Part shown: one piece after another, positions 8,278 through 17,520 of the stretch
Numbering within the stretch: position 1 is the first letter of the stretch
How the letters are laid out: every line of letters begins with the position of its first letter
Assembly (NCBI GenBank): GCA_036679605.1
Contig: JAZDCZ010000292.1
Span: 1 to 35,692, forward strand
Direction: 5' to 3'
From: Gemmatimonadota bacterium
GTDB taxonomy: Bacteria > Gemmatimonadota > Gemmatimonadetes > Gemmatimonadales > GWC2-71-9
Length of the DNA: 35,692 nucleotides
Made by a program: the position numbers and the translations under genes
The notes under the pieces: generated by a model
What the model saw: the letters and a program-made list of their open reading frames with translations, nothing else
Told to the model about the DNA's origin: nothing
Database searches by the model: none

Positions 8278-8772
8278 ATGGCCGAAGTCGTTTCAGTTGC
8301 TGGCGCCTGTCAAGTGAAGATTTCTTCGCCTTCAGTGGCTGCCGGTGCGTTGCAGGTGCTGGGCTACAACCGCAACTTCGCGGACGTTCGGAAAGAGGCG
8401 TTTTTCCTCGATGTCCCTGGCGACCAGAACGGCGGCGACGATGGCCCGCCCATCGAGATTATCCATTTGGGCGAAATCGCAATCATCCGACTGGAACTCA
8501 CCAAGTACGACCTGACCGTCGCCAATGTGGTCCGCAGTCGTGTGGACGGCGCCACGGCCGGTCAGCCGACTGCCGCCGGCTCGCTCATGTTCAGTGTCCC
8601 CAATACCATGCGGCTCTTACTGAATGCCGCGAACGATCCCCGCAACTTCACGCGGGTGGTTCCCCGCGGTGCGATCGAGATCGGGCGGGGCACGAAGTAT
8701 TCGACCTTGGTGTGCGAGTTTGAGGCCCACAAGGATGGCAGCGGCGTCCTTTACAACGCGGTGACTTCCTAG
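8278..8772 (+). CDS. Probable tail tube (major tail) protein (164 aa)
   Basis: Beta-rich; LGY followed by a long loop; directly precedes the frameshifting chaperone and the tape measure. Confidence 0.65.
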   Translation: MAEVVSVAGACQVKISSPSVAAGALQVLGYNRNFADVRKEAFFLDVPGDQNGGDDGPPIEIIHLGEIAIIRLELTKYDLTVANVVRSRVDGATAGQPTAAGSLMFSVPNTMRLLLNAANDPRNFTRVVPRGAIEIGRGTKYSTLVCEFEAHKDGSGVLYNAVTS

Positions 8773-8790
8773 CTAAGTGAAAAAACAACC

Positions 8791-9258
8791 ATGTTTCGAC
8801 GGATCCACCAATGGTTCACGCGCAGACGCAATCGGCGAGAGCGGAAAATCTACCGGTTTTTCGATGGCCGGCGGTGGGTAGGAATCGATCCGATGCAAGT
8901 CGAGATTGCGTTGGAGCTGCACGACTCTTTTTCGTTCAGTCTCGGCCAGGATATCTCCAGTGGCGACGGCCCGGCCATCCAGACGGCCGCCCAAGCGGTG
9001 CGAGACGTGTTCGGAGTCCAGGCGTGGGATCCTGTCGCCGAGACCGGTCTCACCTTGGAAGAGCAACTCGACATTCTCTACGGCTACCTCGATTTCTGCG
9101 AAGACGTAAAAAAAAAATCAGAGTCTGGTCCGACCTTGCCAACACCTACGGACCTGCCGTCCTCGGCCAGCCAGGCGGACCAGAACGAAGTTACGAACTC
9201 CTGTTCGGACTCCATCTCAATGCCGACCGTAGCGAACTCCGCCAATCCATGCGGGTAA
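8791..9258 (+). CDS. Tail assembly chaperone (lambda gpG-like, 155 aa)
   Basis: Between tube and tape measure; contains DVKKK encoded by an A10 run, followed by a low-complexity S/P/T tail typical of the unshifted product. Confidence 0.75.
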   Translation: MFRRIHQWFTRRRNRRERKIYRFFDGRRWVGIDPMQVEIALELHDSFSFSLGQDISSGDGPAIQTAAQAVRDVFGVQAWDPVAETGLTLEEQLDILYGYLDFCEDVKKKSESGPTLPTPTDLPSSASQADQNEVTNSCSDSISMPTVANSANPCG

Positions 9259-9431
9259 TTCTCGGCATCCGAGAAGCCTTCGCCGAGGTAATCAGCCTCG
9301 AAACCATGACGGCCTCGGTGGTCAACCCGCTGGAAGCTATTGCCCTGCACGAGCGCCATGAGGCCGAGGCGGCCCTGGATCGTCAACGCAGAGAACTCCA
9401 GGCCGCTGACGATCCCACGGAGGCGGCGTGA
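9108..9431 (+). CDS. -1 frameshift extension of the tail chaperone (gpGT-like product, 8791..9431)
   Basis: A10 run at 9108-9117. The -1 frame stays open (KKKIRVWSDLANTYG...DDPTEAA) until a TGA that overlaps the next ATG (TGATG, 9429-9433). Confidence 0.75.
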   Translation, partial: KKKIRVWSDLANTYGPAVLGQPGGPERSYELLFGLHLNADRSELRQSMRVILGIREAFAEVISLETMTASVVNPLEAIALHERHEAEAALDRQRRELQAADDPTEAA

Positions 9432-10339
9432 TGGGAGCACTACTGCGATTATTGGGCGGCGCGTTGCTGATGAAAGCCGGCAGTGCGATCGGTAACAAGC
9501 TCCGCGGCGGGGCGCGGGAGCAGCCCAGTCCCGAACGGACTGATCCTGGTGGCGCGCCTAAGCGACCGGCACACGTCGCCAAGCAAATGGCCGACAGTTC
9601 GCTGGCGAGTACCTTCCGCGACCTGAAGGCCGGGCCCCGGGCCCGACCGGTCGACCTGGAGCAGTACGACGCGGCCGCCCTGCGGCGCAAGCTCGGCACG
9701 CCTAATCCGAGTCCGGAGCAAATCCAAACAGAACAGCAAGGAATTGAATCGCGCAACGAGGCGAAGGTCGAAAAGGAGAAGGAACGATTCAAAAAGTCAC
9801 TCAAGAAACTCACGGGCGGCTTCTTGAAGGTGGGCATAGCCGCCGGCCTGATGTTTCACGCCTTCCAGCGTCTTACTGAGGCAATGAACAAGCTGGATCT
9901 GGAAAAGCTCCGCATGTTCAGCCCGCAGATTGCCCAAGCGGCCGCGCGGCGCGACGTCTTCGACATTCGCCAGAAAGCCCAATTCGGGCAACTGACGGGC
10001 GGCACCACCAGTTCGCTCAACGACAAGCTGATGGAACTCGATAAGAAGCGGTTGCCTTACCAGGGAGCTGCCAAGAATCTCACGAACATTGGTGGCGAGT
10101 GGGCGGCCGACATAAAAATCAAATTCTACGAAGCATTGGAAGAGATCGGCATCCGCGGAATAGCCGCTGACATCAACAAAATGGCTAACGAGGGTGATGA
10201 AAAAGAAGGCAAGGCTAATCTGCTTGGTATTATCAAACAGTTAGAAAGGGGGGCCAGTATTTACCCCGGTGAGCGTGCCATCAACATGCGTCCGAACGAA
10301 CGGGCTGGGGGGCGCATTTCGGGGGGGGACTTTCCCTGA
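9431..10339 (+). CDS. Probable short tape measure protein (about 302 aa)
   Basis: Immediately follows the chaperone pair; helical, A/G/K/L-rich, with a hydrophobic stretch GGFLKVGIAAGLMF. Confidence 0.6.
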   Translation: MGALLRLLGGALLMKAGSAIGNKLRGGAREQPSPERTDPGGAPKRPAHVAKQMADSSLASTFRDLKAGPRARPVDLEQYDAAALRRKLGTPNPSPEQIQTEQQGIESRNEAKVEKEKERFKKSLKKLTGGFLKVGIAAGLMFHAFQRLTEAMNKLDLEKLRMFSPQIAQAAARRDVFDIRQKAQFGQLTGGTTSSLNDKLMELDKKRLPYQGAAKNLTNIGGEWAADIKIKFYEALEEIGIRGIAADINKMANEGDEKEGKANLLGIIKQLERGASIYPGERAINMRPNERAGGRISGGDFP

Positions 10340-12210
10340 TGGCCACCACTGTCACGTACAACGGCATCACGATGCACAACGTCATTACCAGGCGTTGGGA
10401 ACAGGAAATTGTCTACGACCCCTCCAACACGGACGCGATCGGCCAGAAGTTTAACCTCACTTTTGAAGGTGTGCTGCACGCGCAGCGGGTGCCAATCCAG
10501 GCGGCGGAGACCTACATCGCCGGTGCGGAATCGTCAGCGAGCATTTTCAGCATCCTGGAGAATGTGCAGCGACTACTGGGCACGCCGCGGGCCAGACTAA
10601 CCGTTGCGGTGGGCGGCACGACCGTCATCGACATCCATTCGACGCTGGCCATCTCCACGGGAGTCGACGGCAACTCGACCGATATCGACAACGGACCCAA
10701 GCCAACCAATATCACGGTCACCCCCATCGGCAGCACGGTCTTCCAAGTCAGCTTCTCGATCGAGGCGATGGTCGGAAATTGCGACGCGCTCCGCTCCGGC
10801 AAGGGCCTGGTGCTCAATAATCGCTGGAGTGTGCGGGAAACGATGGACCAGAATTTTCACACCACGCGAGTGATTACCGGTCACTTGCGCGTGGCGGCTG
10901 GCGTGTTTGCGGTGGCTAAGGGCTGGCCAGCGCACATGCACAAGCCGATCGTGATCCCGCCTCTGGAGGATAGTTTCCGCCGCTCCAAAGTCTCGTTCGG
11001 AGTGGAAGAGGATGGGCTGTCGTGTAGCTACGAAATCATTGACACGCAAGTCCACACCGCGGCGCCCTGGCCGGCCACCAGCATGGAGGCCACCTACAGC
11101 GAATCATCTACTCACGGCACGTTTTTCGTCTCAGAAATGAATGTTCGCCTGCAAGGAAACCCGTCCACCGACAAGCGGCTGCTGATCGAACGGGCGATTC
11201 AGATCCTCAATGCGCGTCTCCAGCTGTTCGCCATAAAAGACAGTTACAACGTTGAGTCGCTGATGCTCACCGAGCATATCGGCAGCAGATCAGCCATCGA
11301 TATGTCGGCACGGATCAAAAGAGTCGATGCCTTGTCGACCACCATGACGCTCGGCCTGCTGTACGTCCAGATGGGAGAACCATTGGTGTTGGCGCCACTC
11401 TTGAACTCCAATGGCCTGATCGAAGGCACAAACTACGACCACCAGTTGAGCCCCCTGCCGAAGCCCTACGGGTTCAAGCACAATTCCGCTGCGGTCGATC
11501 GCGAACGGCGTCCGGTCGTGCTGTTCTTTTTGCACTGCTATCTGCAAAATCCCTGCGACACCGAGCACTCGGTGGGGCCCCTGACCCCATCAGAGACGCC
11601 CTCAAAGGCGAAGCCTCCCCAGCGAGAAGATGAGCCTACGGGCAGCGAGTATCCCTACACGCCCGTTTTCATTGACGACGAAAACACGTTCTCAGAGGAA
11701 ACGCACGCGGGCATCTACACAATGGCCCAGATGTCGAGTCGCTACAACACCAACCGCATGTTCGTGCAAATGCCGATCGCCAACATCCCCGAAAAAAAGG
11801 ACTCCGAAAAAAAGGACTCCGGCAATGACGCCACCTCAGAGATTTTGCAGCTGGCCGGGAGTCAGAATTATCGATTCATCGAGGTCAATTTCGAGCGGGT
11901 CGGGTTGGAGCCCGATATTCCAGAACCGGTCCTCGCTTATACCCATGAGGATGGGAAAGTGAAAGCGACGTTGGCTCACTTCGACGTCGAGATCCTGTCT
12001 CCGGTGCGATCGACCGACGGTCGCCAGGCGGTCTTTCGGTCGCTCGCCAAGTACGTCTATTTGCTCGACCGAACTCCCGATTTCACCAAGGCCGTTCCGG
12101 TCGGCATCAACCCAGTGACGCATTTCCCCGATCACGACGGCACGATCAAGCTGGGCCTCAAAGGCGATATGGGAATTGGCGGGTCTAGCAATCAAGAACA
12201 AACAGGCTAA
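10339..12210 (+). CDS. Tail-tip/distal tail structural protein, putative (623 aa)
   Basis: TGATG coupling to the tape measure; beta-rich repeated segments; position after the tape measure. Confidence 0.5.
   Translation: MATTVTYNGITMHNVITRRWEQEIVYDPSNTDAIGQKFNLTFEGVLHAQRVPIQAAETYIAGAESSASIFSILENVQRLLGTPRARLTVAVGGTTVIDIHSTLAISTGVDGNSTDIDNGPKPTNITVTPIGSTVFQVSFSIEAMVGNCDALRSGKGLVLNNRWSVRETMDQNFHTTRVITGHLRVAAGVFAVAKGWPAHMHKPIVIPPLEDSFRRSKVSFGVEEDGLSCSYEIIDTQVHTAAPWPATSMEATYSESSTHGTFFVSEMNVRLQGNPSTDKRLLIERAIQILNARLQLFAIKDSYNVESLMLTEHIGSRSAIDMSARIKRVDALSTTMTLGLLYVQMGEPLVLAPLLNSNGLIEGTNYDHQLSPLPKPYGFKHNSAAVDRERRPVVLFFLHCYLQNPCDTEHSVGPLTPSETPSKAKPPQREDEPTGSEYPYTPVFIDDENTFSEETHAGIYTMAQMSSRYNTNRMFVQMPIANIPEKKDSEKKDSGNDATSEILQLAGSQNYRFIEVNFERVGLEPDIPEPVLAYTHEDGKVKATLAHFDVEILSPVRSTDGRQAVFRSLAKYVYLLDRTPDFTKAVPVGINPVTHFPDHDGTIKLGLKGDMGIGGSSNQEQTG
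11791..11820 (+). repeat. In-frame 15-bp tandem duplication (GAAAAAAAGGACTCC x2, encoding EKKDS x2)
   Basis: Read directly from the sequence. Confidence 0.9.
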
Positions 12211-12216
12211 AAAACC

Positions 12217-14454
12217 ATGACTATCAATTACATCGACGGCACCGATATCATCAGCAATCTCTCCGCCCATTGGAAAATGGACGAGATTGCCGGCGCAATG
12301 GCCGACGCCTCGGGCAATGGCGAGACCGGGACGATCAACGGCACGATCACGCAAAACCAAACCGCGCTGGGCGGGATTCCAGGCAAGTCGGTTACGATCG
12401 CTCGCAACGTGGCGAATTTCGTTGACGGATTTTCAGCCACGATCGTTGGCGACTTCACCATCGCGGCCTTCATTCAGATCAGCGACAACTCGGTGGCCAA
12501 CGTGATTTGCGGCGACGCGGGCGATACGTCGGCGTTCTATCTCACGGCTGGGGCCACTACCGAGATGGGGCTGCGCGTCGGCAGTGCCAACGACACGGTC
12601 ACCGTCGCGCCCTTTGTGAACGATACGACTTATCACGTTGCCGTAGTTCGCAGCGGCACCACGCTCACGTTCTACGTCGATGGCGTGGCGGATGCTGAAG
12701 CGCCGACGGCGGCGTCGAGCAATCTGATTATCGACCAGATTTTCCTGGGCCGCACGACGCCCGACCCCTTTGGCGGCAAGCTGGACGATCTGCGAGTCTA
12801 TGCGAGAGCGCTGTCCGCCGCCGACGTGCTCAAACTGAAAAACACGCCCTACCCGGCGTTGTCCGATGGGCTATTCGACATTCTGGGAAAATACATCCAC
12901 GCTCGGAACACGCTCGACACCTCCCGGGCGACGACCGTCGCCGCCGAGGTGCTCGACGCGATCGACCAATATCGCCTGAAGGCCGACGCGACGCTCAGAT
13001 TCGACGCTGCGATGGCCGGAGTCGCAGCAGCAGAAAAAGCGTGGCGGCGGACCGGCTCGACGCTTTCGAGCGCACTCAACAGGTCGATGAAGAACTTTCT
13101 GATCGAGGTCGTCAAGGCCGATTCCAGCAATGCCAGCGGCACTCTGACCGATGCGCTGGAGTATCTTATCAGCGAAATGACCAGCGACGGCTATTACGTC
13201 ACGCCCTCGGTTCCGACTGTCGGGTCGGCTTTCGACACCGGGGTCATCGGCGACACGACCGTCACTACCACGATTGTCAATGGAGCGGGGCGTGACTCCG
13301 AGAACGCCTATGCCGAGGTGATTCGCCTGGAGGCGACCGCAACGGGGGTCTTTGCCTCTCTCACCGCCAAAGGTGAACGCAAGGCAGCTTCAAATCTCAG
13401 CGAAGAGTGGCCGGCCGGCTCGAATGTAGCAGCTACGATCGCACCGCTCACCCTCGGCGACAATCTGCTCTCCAATGGCGGTTTTGACGAATACAATCCG
13501 ACCAACTCGCCGCAGGGTTGGATTGTCCAAGCAGGATCCGTGGGCACCGATTTACGTGCCGGTCTGTACAAAGTGCAGACCGTGACGATTTCCAACGACA
13601 CGACCAACGGGACGTATCAGCTCCGCCACACGCACTCGCACCTGAACATTCTTTACTGGACTTCCTCGTTGGCCTGGAACGCCAGCGGCGCCGAAGTCCA
13701 GGCGGCGTTGCGGCTGCTACCGCAACTGGCAGACATAACGGTTACCACCTCCATAACCGAGGGCACGATCACGCACACCATCACCATGACGAATGTGCCG
13801 GATCAGCCTTTAACCATGACCTCGACGAACAACACCGACGGCACGATTTCGCACGCCGTTGTGGTTGCCGGTGACGCCGGATCGGTCACTAAGCGTGGTT
13901 TGGTAATCCCCAATTCGGATAACCAGGTGACACTCTACCAACAGATCACTCTCGACGTGCAGACGGTCTACGCCTGCGGATTTTGGTTGCATTCGCTTAC
14001 TTCGTCCGACCCCGCCGCCGGGAGTCTGAAGCTAACCAGCGTACTCGGCGGTGCGGCGTTGGTTGACGACGAAGGCGTAAGCCAGTCAATCTCTTGGTCC
14101 AACACAGGCAACGGCCGGGGGCACCACGACGGATTCTTCAGGCTGAAAAAGACGCAAACAATGCCGGTCTTTTTGGAGTTTGACAGCAATGGCGCCGACA
14201 TCTTCGCGATTAAGTTAATGATCGACGATCTGATCCTAGCGCCAGCACAGCGACTGTACGCCGGCGGTCCGTATGTGGCCGTCTACCCCGGAACGCTGGA
14301 GAACCGCCTGGGAAACAAGTGGACGCTCACGGTGGGGAATGACTACGCGGGCCTGTGGCAAAAAGATTTCGATCGCGAATTCGATATGAAGGCCAAAGGG
14401 CTCTTCTTGCCATCAAGTGGCACTACGCTCATTAACAATAACCTGATTGGATAG
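12217..14454 (+). CDS. Virion fibre/appendage protein with an N-terminal LamG (concanavalin A-like) domain (745 aa); paralog of the next gene
   Basis: HWKMDE...DFTIAAFI...YHVAVVRSGTTLTFYVDG...FGGKLDDLRVYARALSAADV is a LamG-3 signature. The remainder aligns by eye with 14457..16079. Confidence 0.8.
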   Translation: MTINYIDGTDIISNLSAHWKMDEIAGAMADASGNGETGTINGTITQNQTALGGIPGKSVTIARNVANFVDGFSATIVGDFTIAAFIQISDNSVANVICGDAGDTSAFYLTAGATTEMGLRVGSANDTVTVAPFVNDTTYHVAVVRSGTTLTFYVDGVADAEAPTAASSNLIIDQIFLGRTTPDPFGGKLDDLRVYARALSAADVLKLKNTPYPALSDGLFDILGKYIHARNTLDTSRATTVAAEVLDAIDQYRLKADATLRFDAAMAGVAAAEKAWRRTGSTLSSALNRSMKNFLIEVVKADSSNASGTLTDALEYLISEMTSDGYYVTPSVPTVGSAFDTGVIGDTTVTTTIVNGAGRDSENAYAEVIRLEATATGVFASLTAKGERKAASNLSEEWPAGSNVAATIAPLTLGDNLLSNGGFDEYNPTNSPQGWIVQAGSVGTDLRAGLYKVQTVTISNDTTNGTYQLRHTHSHLNILYWTSSLAWNASGAEVQAALRLLPQLADITVTTSITEGTITHTITMTNVPDQPLTMTSTNNTDGTISHAVVVAGDAGSVTKRGLVIPNSDNQVTLYQQITLDVQTVYACGFWLHSLTSSDPAAGSLKLTSVLGGAALVDDEGVSQSISWSNTGNGRGHHDGFFRLKKTQTMPVFLEFDSNGADIFAIKLMIDDLILAPAQRLYAGGPYVAVYPGTLENRLGNKWTLTVGNDYAGLWQKDFDREFDMKAKGLFLPSSGTTLINNNLIG

Positions 14455-14456
14455 CT

Positions 14457-16079
14457 ATGACATTAACCTATACAGACGGCGTCGATGGGCTGTTCGACAT
14501 TCTGGGCAAGTACCTCTTTGCGCGGAACACGCTCGATACGGAACGTGCTGCCACGGTCGCCGCCGAGGTGCTCGACGCGGTGGATCAATATCGCGCCAAG
14601 GCCGACGCGACGCTCGACATGGATGCCGCCATGGAGGGCGTGGCGCAAGCAGAGCTGTCGTGGCGGAGTGGAGGCTCGACGTTCGCTTCGGCGCTGAAAA
14701 CCGCGATCAACAATTTTTTGACCGAGGAAGTTCGAGCCGATTCGGAGAACGCCGGCACGTCGGTTGTCGAGGCACTGGAATATCTGATCGACGCGATGAT
14801 CAGCGACGGCTATTACGTCACGCCCTCGGTCGTCTCAGTTACCCCGGCGGCCGACGCTGGGAATGTCGCCAACGATTTGGTGGTGAAGGCGACGATCATC
14901 GACGGCAAGGGGCGCGACTCTGAGAACGCCTATGCCGAGGTGATTCGCCTGGAGGCGACCGCGCGTTCCAAGACCTCTCCGCTGTCGGTCCTTGGAGAGC
15001 GAGCTGCCCCGTCGGCCCAGAGCGAAGCGTGGCCGGCCGGCAGCGCGATCAGCTCGACCCTGACGCCGCTGACCATCGCCGACTCGCTGCTGACCAATAG
15101 CGGGTTTGACGATTTTACCGTGGCCGACATGCCGGACGACTGGGCGGCGACTGCCGGCGTGCCTGGCACCGCGTTCCGCGCGACACTCTATACGGTCCAG
15201 ACGGTCATTATGTCGGGTACGCCCACCGCTGGCACGTACCACCTGAAATACACCGACAACGTCACTGGCTTAGTCTACGTGACAACTCCGCTGGCCTACG
15301 ACGCCAACAGCGCAACGGTGCAGGCGGCGCTGCGGCTGCTGCCCGGCTTGTCGGCGATCACGATCGTCGAATCGGGGTCCGGTCCCAACTACACGCACAC
15401 GGTCACTTTGACTGAGGTGCCCGGACAGGTAGCGGCGCTCACCTCGATCAACAACACGGTCAGCGGTTCGATCGCCCATGCGGTCACCGTGGTCGGCGAT
15501 ACCGGAGCGATCACCGACCGGGGGCTGTTGATCCCTGACAGCGACGTCCAGGTGACGCTTTACCAAAATGTCACCCTCACCAATGAAACCGTCTATGCGT
15601 TCGGTTTTTGGATGTATGCCAGCGGCGCCGGAACGGTCAACGGGACCGTTTCGCTGGTCGACGGCATTGGCGGCACGATCTTGCAAGACGACGAGGGGGT
15701 CAATCAGACGCTTTCGTGGTCGTCCAGCGCGGCCAACTGGACCCATTACGACGGGTTTTTCCGAGTCGCAAAAACGGTCACTTCCCCGGTCTATCTGCGG
15801 TTCGACAGCCCGGGGGCCGAGATCGAGGCACTCGTCCTGGTAGTCGACGATCTGATCCTAGCGCCAGCACAGCGACTGTACACGGGCGGTCCGTATGTGG
15901 CTGCCTACCCCGGCAGGCTGGTCAACGCGATCGAGAACAAGTGGACGCTCACGGTGGCCAATGACTACGCGGGTCTGTGGCAAAAAGATTTCGATCGCGA
16001 ATTCGACATGAAGGGCAATGATTTGCTGCTGCCATCTGTCACGACCACGACGCTCATTAACAACAATCTTATTTCCTGA
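14457..16079 (+). CDS. Virion fibre/appendage protein (540 aa), paralog of 12217..14454 without the LamG domain
   Basis: Shared blocks DGLFDILGKY, GRDSENAYAEVIRLEATA, VQAALRLLP, DDLILAPAQRLY and NDYAGLWQKDFDREFDMK. LLTNSGFD...PDDW resembles the start of a carbohydrate-binding-module-like domain. Confidence 0.75.
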   Translation: MTLTYTDGVDGLFDILGKYLFARNTLDTERAATVAAEVLDAVDQYRAKADATLDMDAAMEGVAQAELSWRSGGSTFASALKTAINNFLTEEVRADSENAGTSVVEALEYLIDAMISDGYYVTPSVVSVTPAADAGNVANDLVVKATIIDGKGRDSENAYAEVIRLEATARSKTSPLSVLGERAAPSAQSEAWPAGSAISSTLTPLTIADSLLTNSGFDDFTVADMPDDWAATAGVPGTAFRATLYTVQTVIMSGTPTAGTYHLKYTDNVTGLVYVTTPLAYDANSATVQAALRLLPGLSAITIVESGSGPNYTHTVTLTEVPGQVAALTSINNTVSGSIAHAVTVVGDTGAITDRGLLIPDSDVQVTLYQNVTLTNETVYAFGFWMYASGAGTVNGTVSLVDGIGGTILQDDEGVNQTLSWSSSAANWTHYDGFFRVAKTVTSPVYLRFDSPGAEIEALVLVVDDLILAPAQRLYTGGPYVAAYPGRLVNAIENKWTLTVANDYAGLWQKDFDREFDMKGNDLLLPSVTTTTLINNNLIS

Positions 16080-16106
16080 CCCCTGGTTTTTCAAAGGAGT
16101 AGTACG

Positions 16107-16970
16107 ATGGTAGCTTTATTCCAACGACCGAGCACGGTCCTACACGGCGCCGATCAGGCCGGACTGTTCGCCAACCGCCCCAAGAGTGCCAACAACGGGC
16201 ACGCCTATTTTGCGGACGACCTGCAGCGTCAGCTGGTGTTCAACAGCCGGCTGCAAACCTGGATGCCCAGCGATGGGCAGAATTTAGTGGTCGGGTCGAC
16301 CGACAAGTATTTGGTCGACGGGTTTCGTGGGCCCGTTCTCGACGGCGCGTATGTCGTCGACAGCGGGACCGACGCCCAGGCCCTCGATCCGGTGATTCTC
16401 ACTACCTCCAGTGGCGGTGTGGTCAACGGCGTCACGGGCAATGCTGGCACCGGCCACCCGGCCGATGCGAGTTTCATGTCGTACCCGCTGGTGTTCAAGC
16501 CGAGCGACGGACGCTCGGTGCATCATTTTCGGTTCAAGATCAGCGCGATCACCAACGTCGCCTTTTTCGTCGGACTGACCGACTTGGGGACGTTGGAGGA
16601 GCCCATGAGCCTGTCGGGCACGACCTTAACTACCAACGCGACCGATGCGGTGGGCTTCCTGTTCGACACGGCGGCCACCACGAACAACATCTGGTTGGCC
16701 GGCGTGGCGGCCGACGTCGACGACACAGAGGTCAACTCGACGATCGCCCCGGTGGCCGACACGTTCCTCGACTTGACGATCGACTTGTCGATTCTTGGTG
16801 TTGCCAAAATGTATATCAACGAGACGCTGCGGGCCACGTTGGCGGCAGCGATCAATCCGGCGATGGCCGGCGATATGCACGCGGTGATTACCGCCACGGC
16901 CCGCTCGACTACGAGTCGGACCTGGAGTGCCGAGCTGCTGGCCAGTCACCCGTTGCTAACTCAGGCGTAA
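16107..16970 (+). CDS. Putative virion structural protein with a beta-sandwich domain (287 aa)
   Basis: RBS AAGGAG; T/A/V/G-rich; FRFKISAITNVAFFVGL...AVGFLFD...AKMYIN resembles lectin-like sandwich strands. Confidence 0.55.
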   Translation: MVALFQRPSTVLHGADQAGLFANRPKSANNGHAYFADDLQRQLVFNSRLQTWMPSDGQNLVVGSTDKYLVDGFRGPVLDGAYVVDSGTDAQALDPVILTTSSGGVVNGVTGNAGTGHPADASFMSYPLVFKPSDGRSVHHFRFKISAITNVAFFVGLTDLGTLEEPMSLSGTTLTTNATDAVGFLFDTAATTNNIWLAGVAADVDDTEVNSTIAPVADTFLDLTIDLSILGVAKMYINETLRATLAAAINPAMAGDMHAVITATARSTTSRTWSAELLASHPLLTQA

Positions 16971-16985
16971 CCAAAGGAGTCTCGC

Positions 16986-17507
16986 ATGGCGCGGGTCGAC
17001 GTCACACAACTCGATGCTTTGAATGCCATCATCGCTCATTTCATCAGCGATCTGAGCCTGGATGCTTCACGAGTTTTCTTGACGATCGACCCGCTCGCTG
17101 TGCGTGTTCCACGTGGAGCCGATTGGTGGCTCACCGTTTCGGTTGGCGAATACACTTTCAAGCAAGAGTTGCTCACGGGCGGCGTCTTCGAGCAATGCAC
17201 CGAAGAGACCACCTTCACCGTCACTGCGTACATGCGGATGCACCTCGACCAGGCAGACCACGACGATCAGCTGGTGCTCGATTCGACTCGTGGACTGTTT
17301 GAGTTGAAGCGAATCATTCTCAAGTCGATGGCTAGCGTCGATCTTCAGGTCGCCGGTAATGAATTTTCCCGAGAACTGATCACGCCGCAGTTCTCCCGCG
17401 CGCCGATGGTCGTTTCGGTAGCGGACGCTGAGTCCGCAGACGATGGCCTGCAAATCGGCGTGATTAGCGTGACCTTCGGGTTGATTTTCGATTGGGATCT
17501 AAGCTAA
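16986..17507 (+). CDS. Putative tail terminator/completion protein (173 aa)
   Basis: RBS AAGGAG. N-terminal helix (LNAIIAHF), central strand (TFTVTAY), helix (GLFELKRIILKSM) and a final strand, the layout of gpU/Mu gp37-like proteins. Confidence 0.5.
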   Translation: MARVDVTQLDALNAIIAHFISDLSLDASRVFLTIDPLAVRVPRGADWWLTVSVGEYTFKQELLTGGVFEQCTEETTFTVTAYMRMHLDQADHDDQLVLDSTRGLFELKRIILKSMASVDLQVAGNEFSRELITPQFSRAPMVVSVADAESADDGLQIGVISVTFGLIFDWDLS

Positions 17508-17520
17508 CAGGTTGACGGCA

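Noticed and set aside
8811..9107. Independent 206-aa gene starting at 8811
   Set aside because: The part before the A10 run is not protein-like and overlaps the chaperone. Only the portion after the slippery site is likely translated.
1363..10339. Gene transfer agent or transposable Mu-type phage
   Set aside because: An integrase, attP and regulator argue against a GTA. No DDE transposase is seen, so only the head module is Mu-like.
14220..16079. Diversity-generating retroelement TR/VR pair suggested by near-identical 3' ends of the two fibre genes
   Set aside because: Differences are not adenine-specific, both copies are full coding paralogs, and there is no reverse transcriptase in the window.
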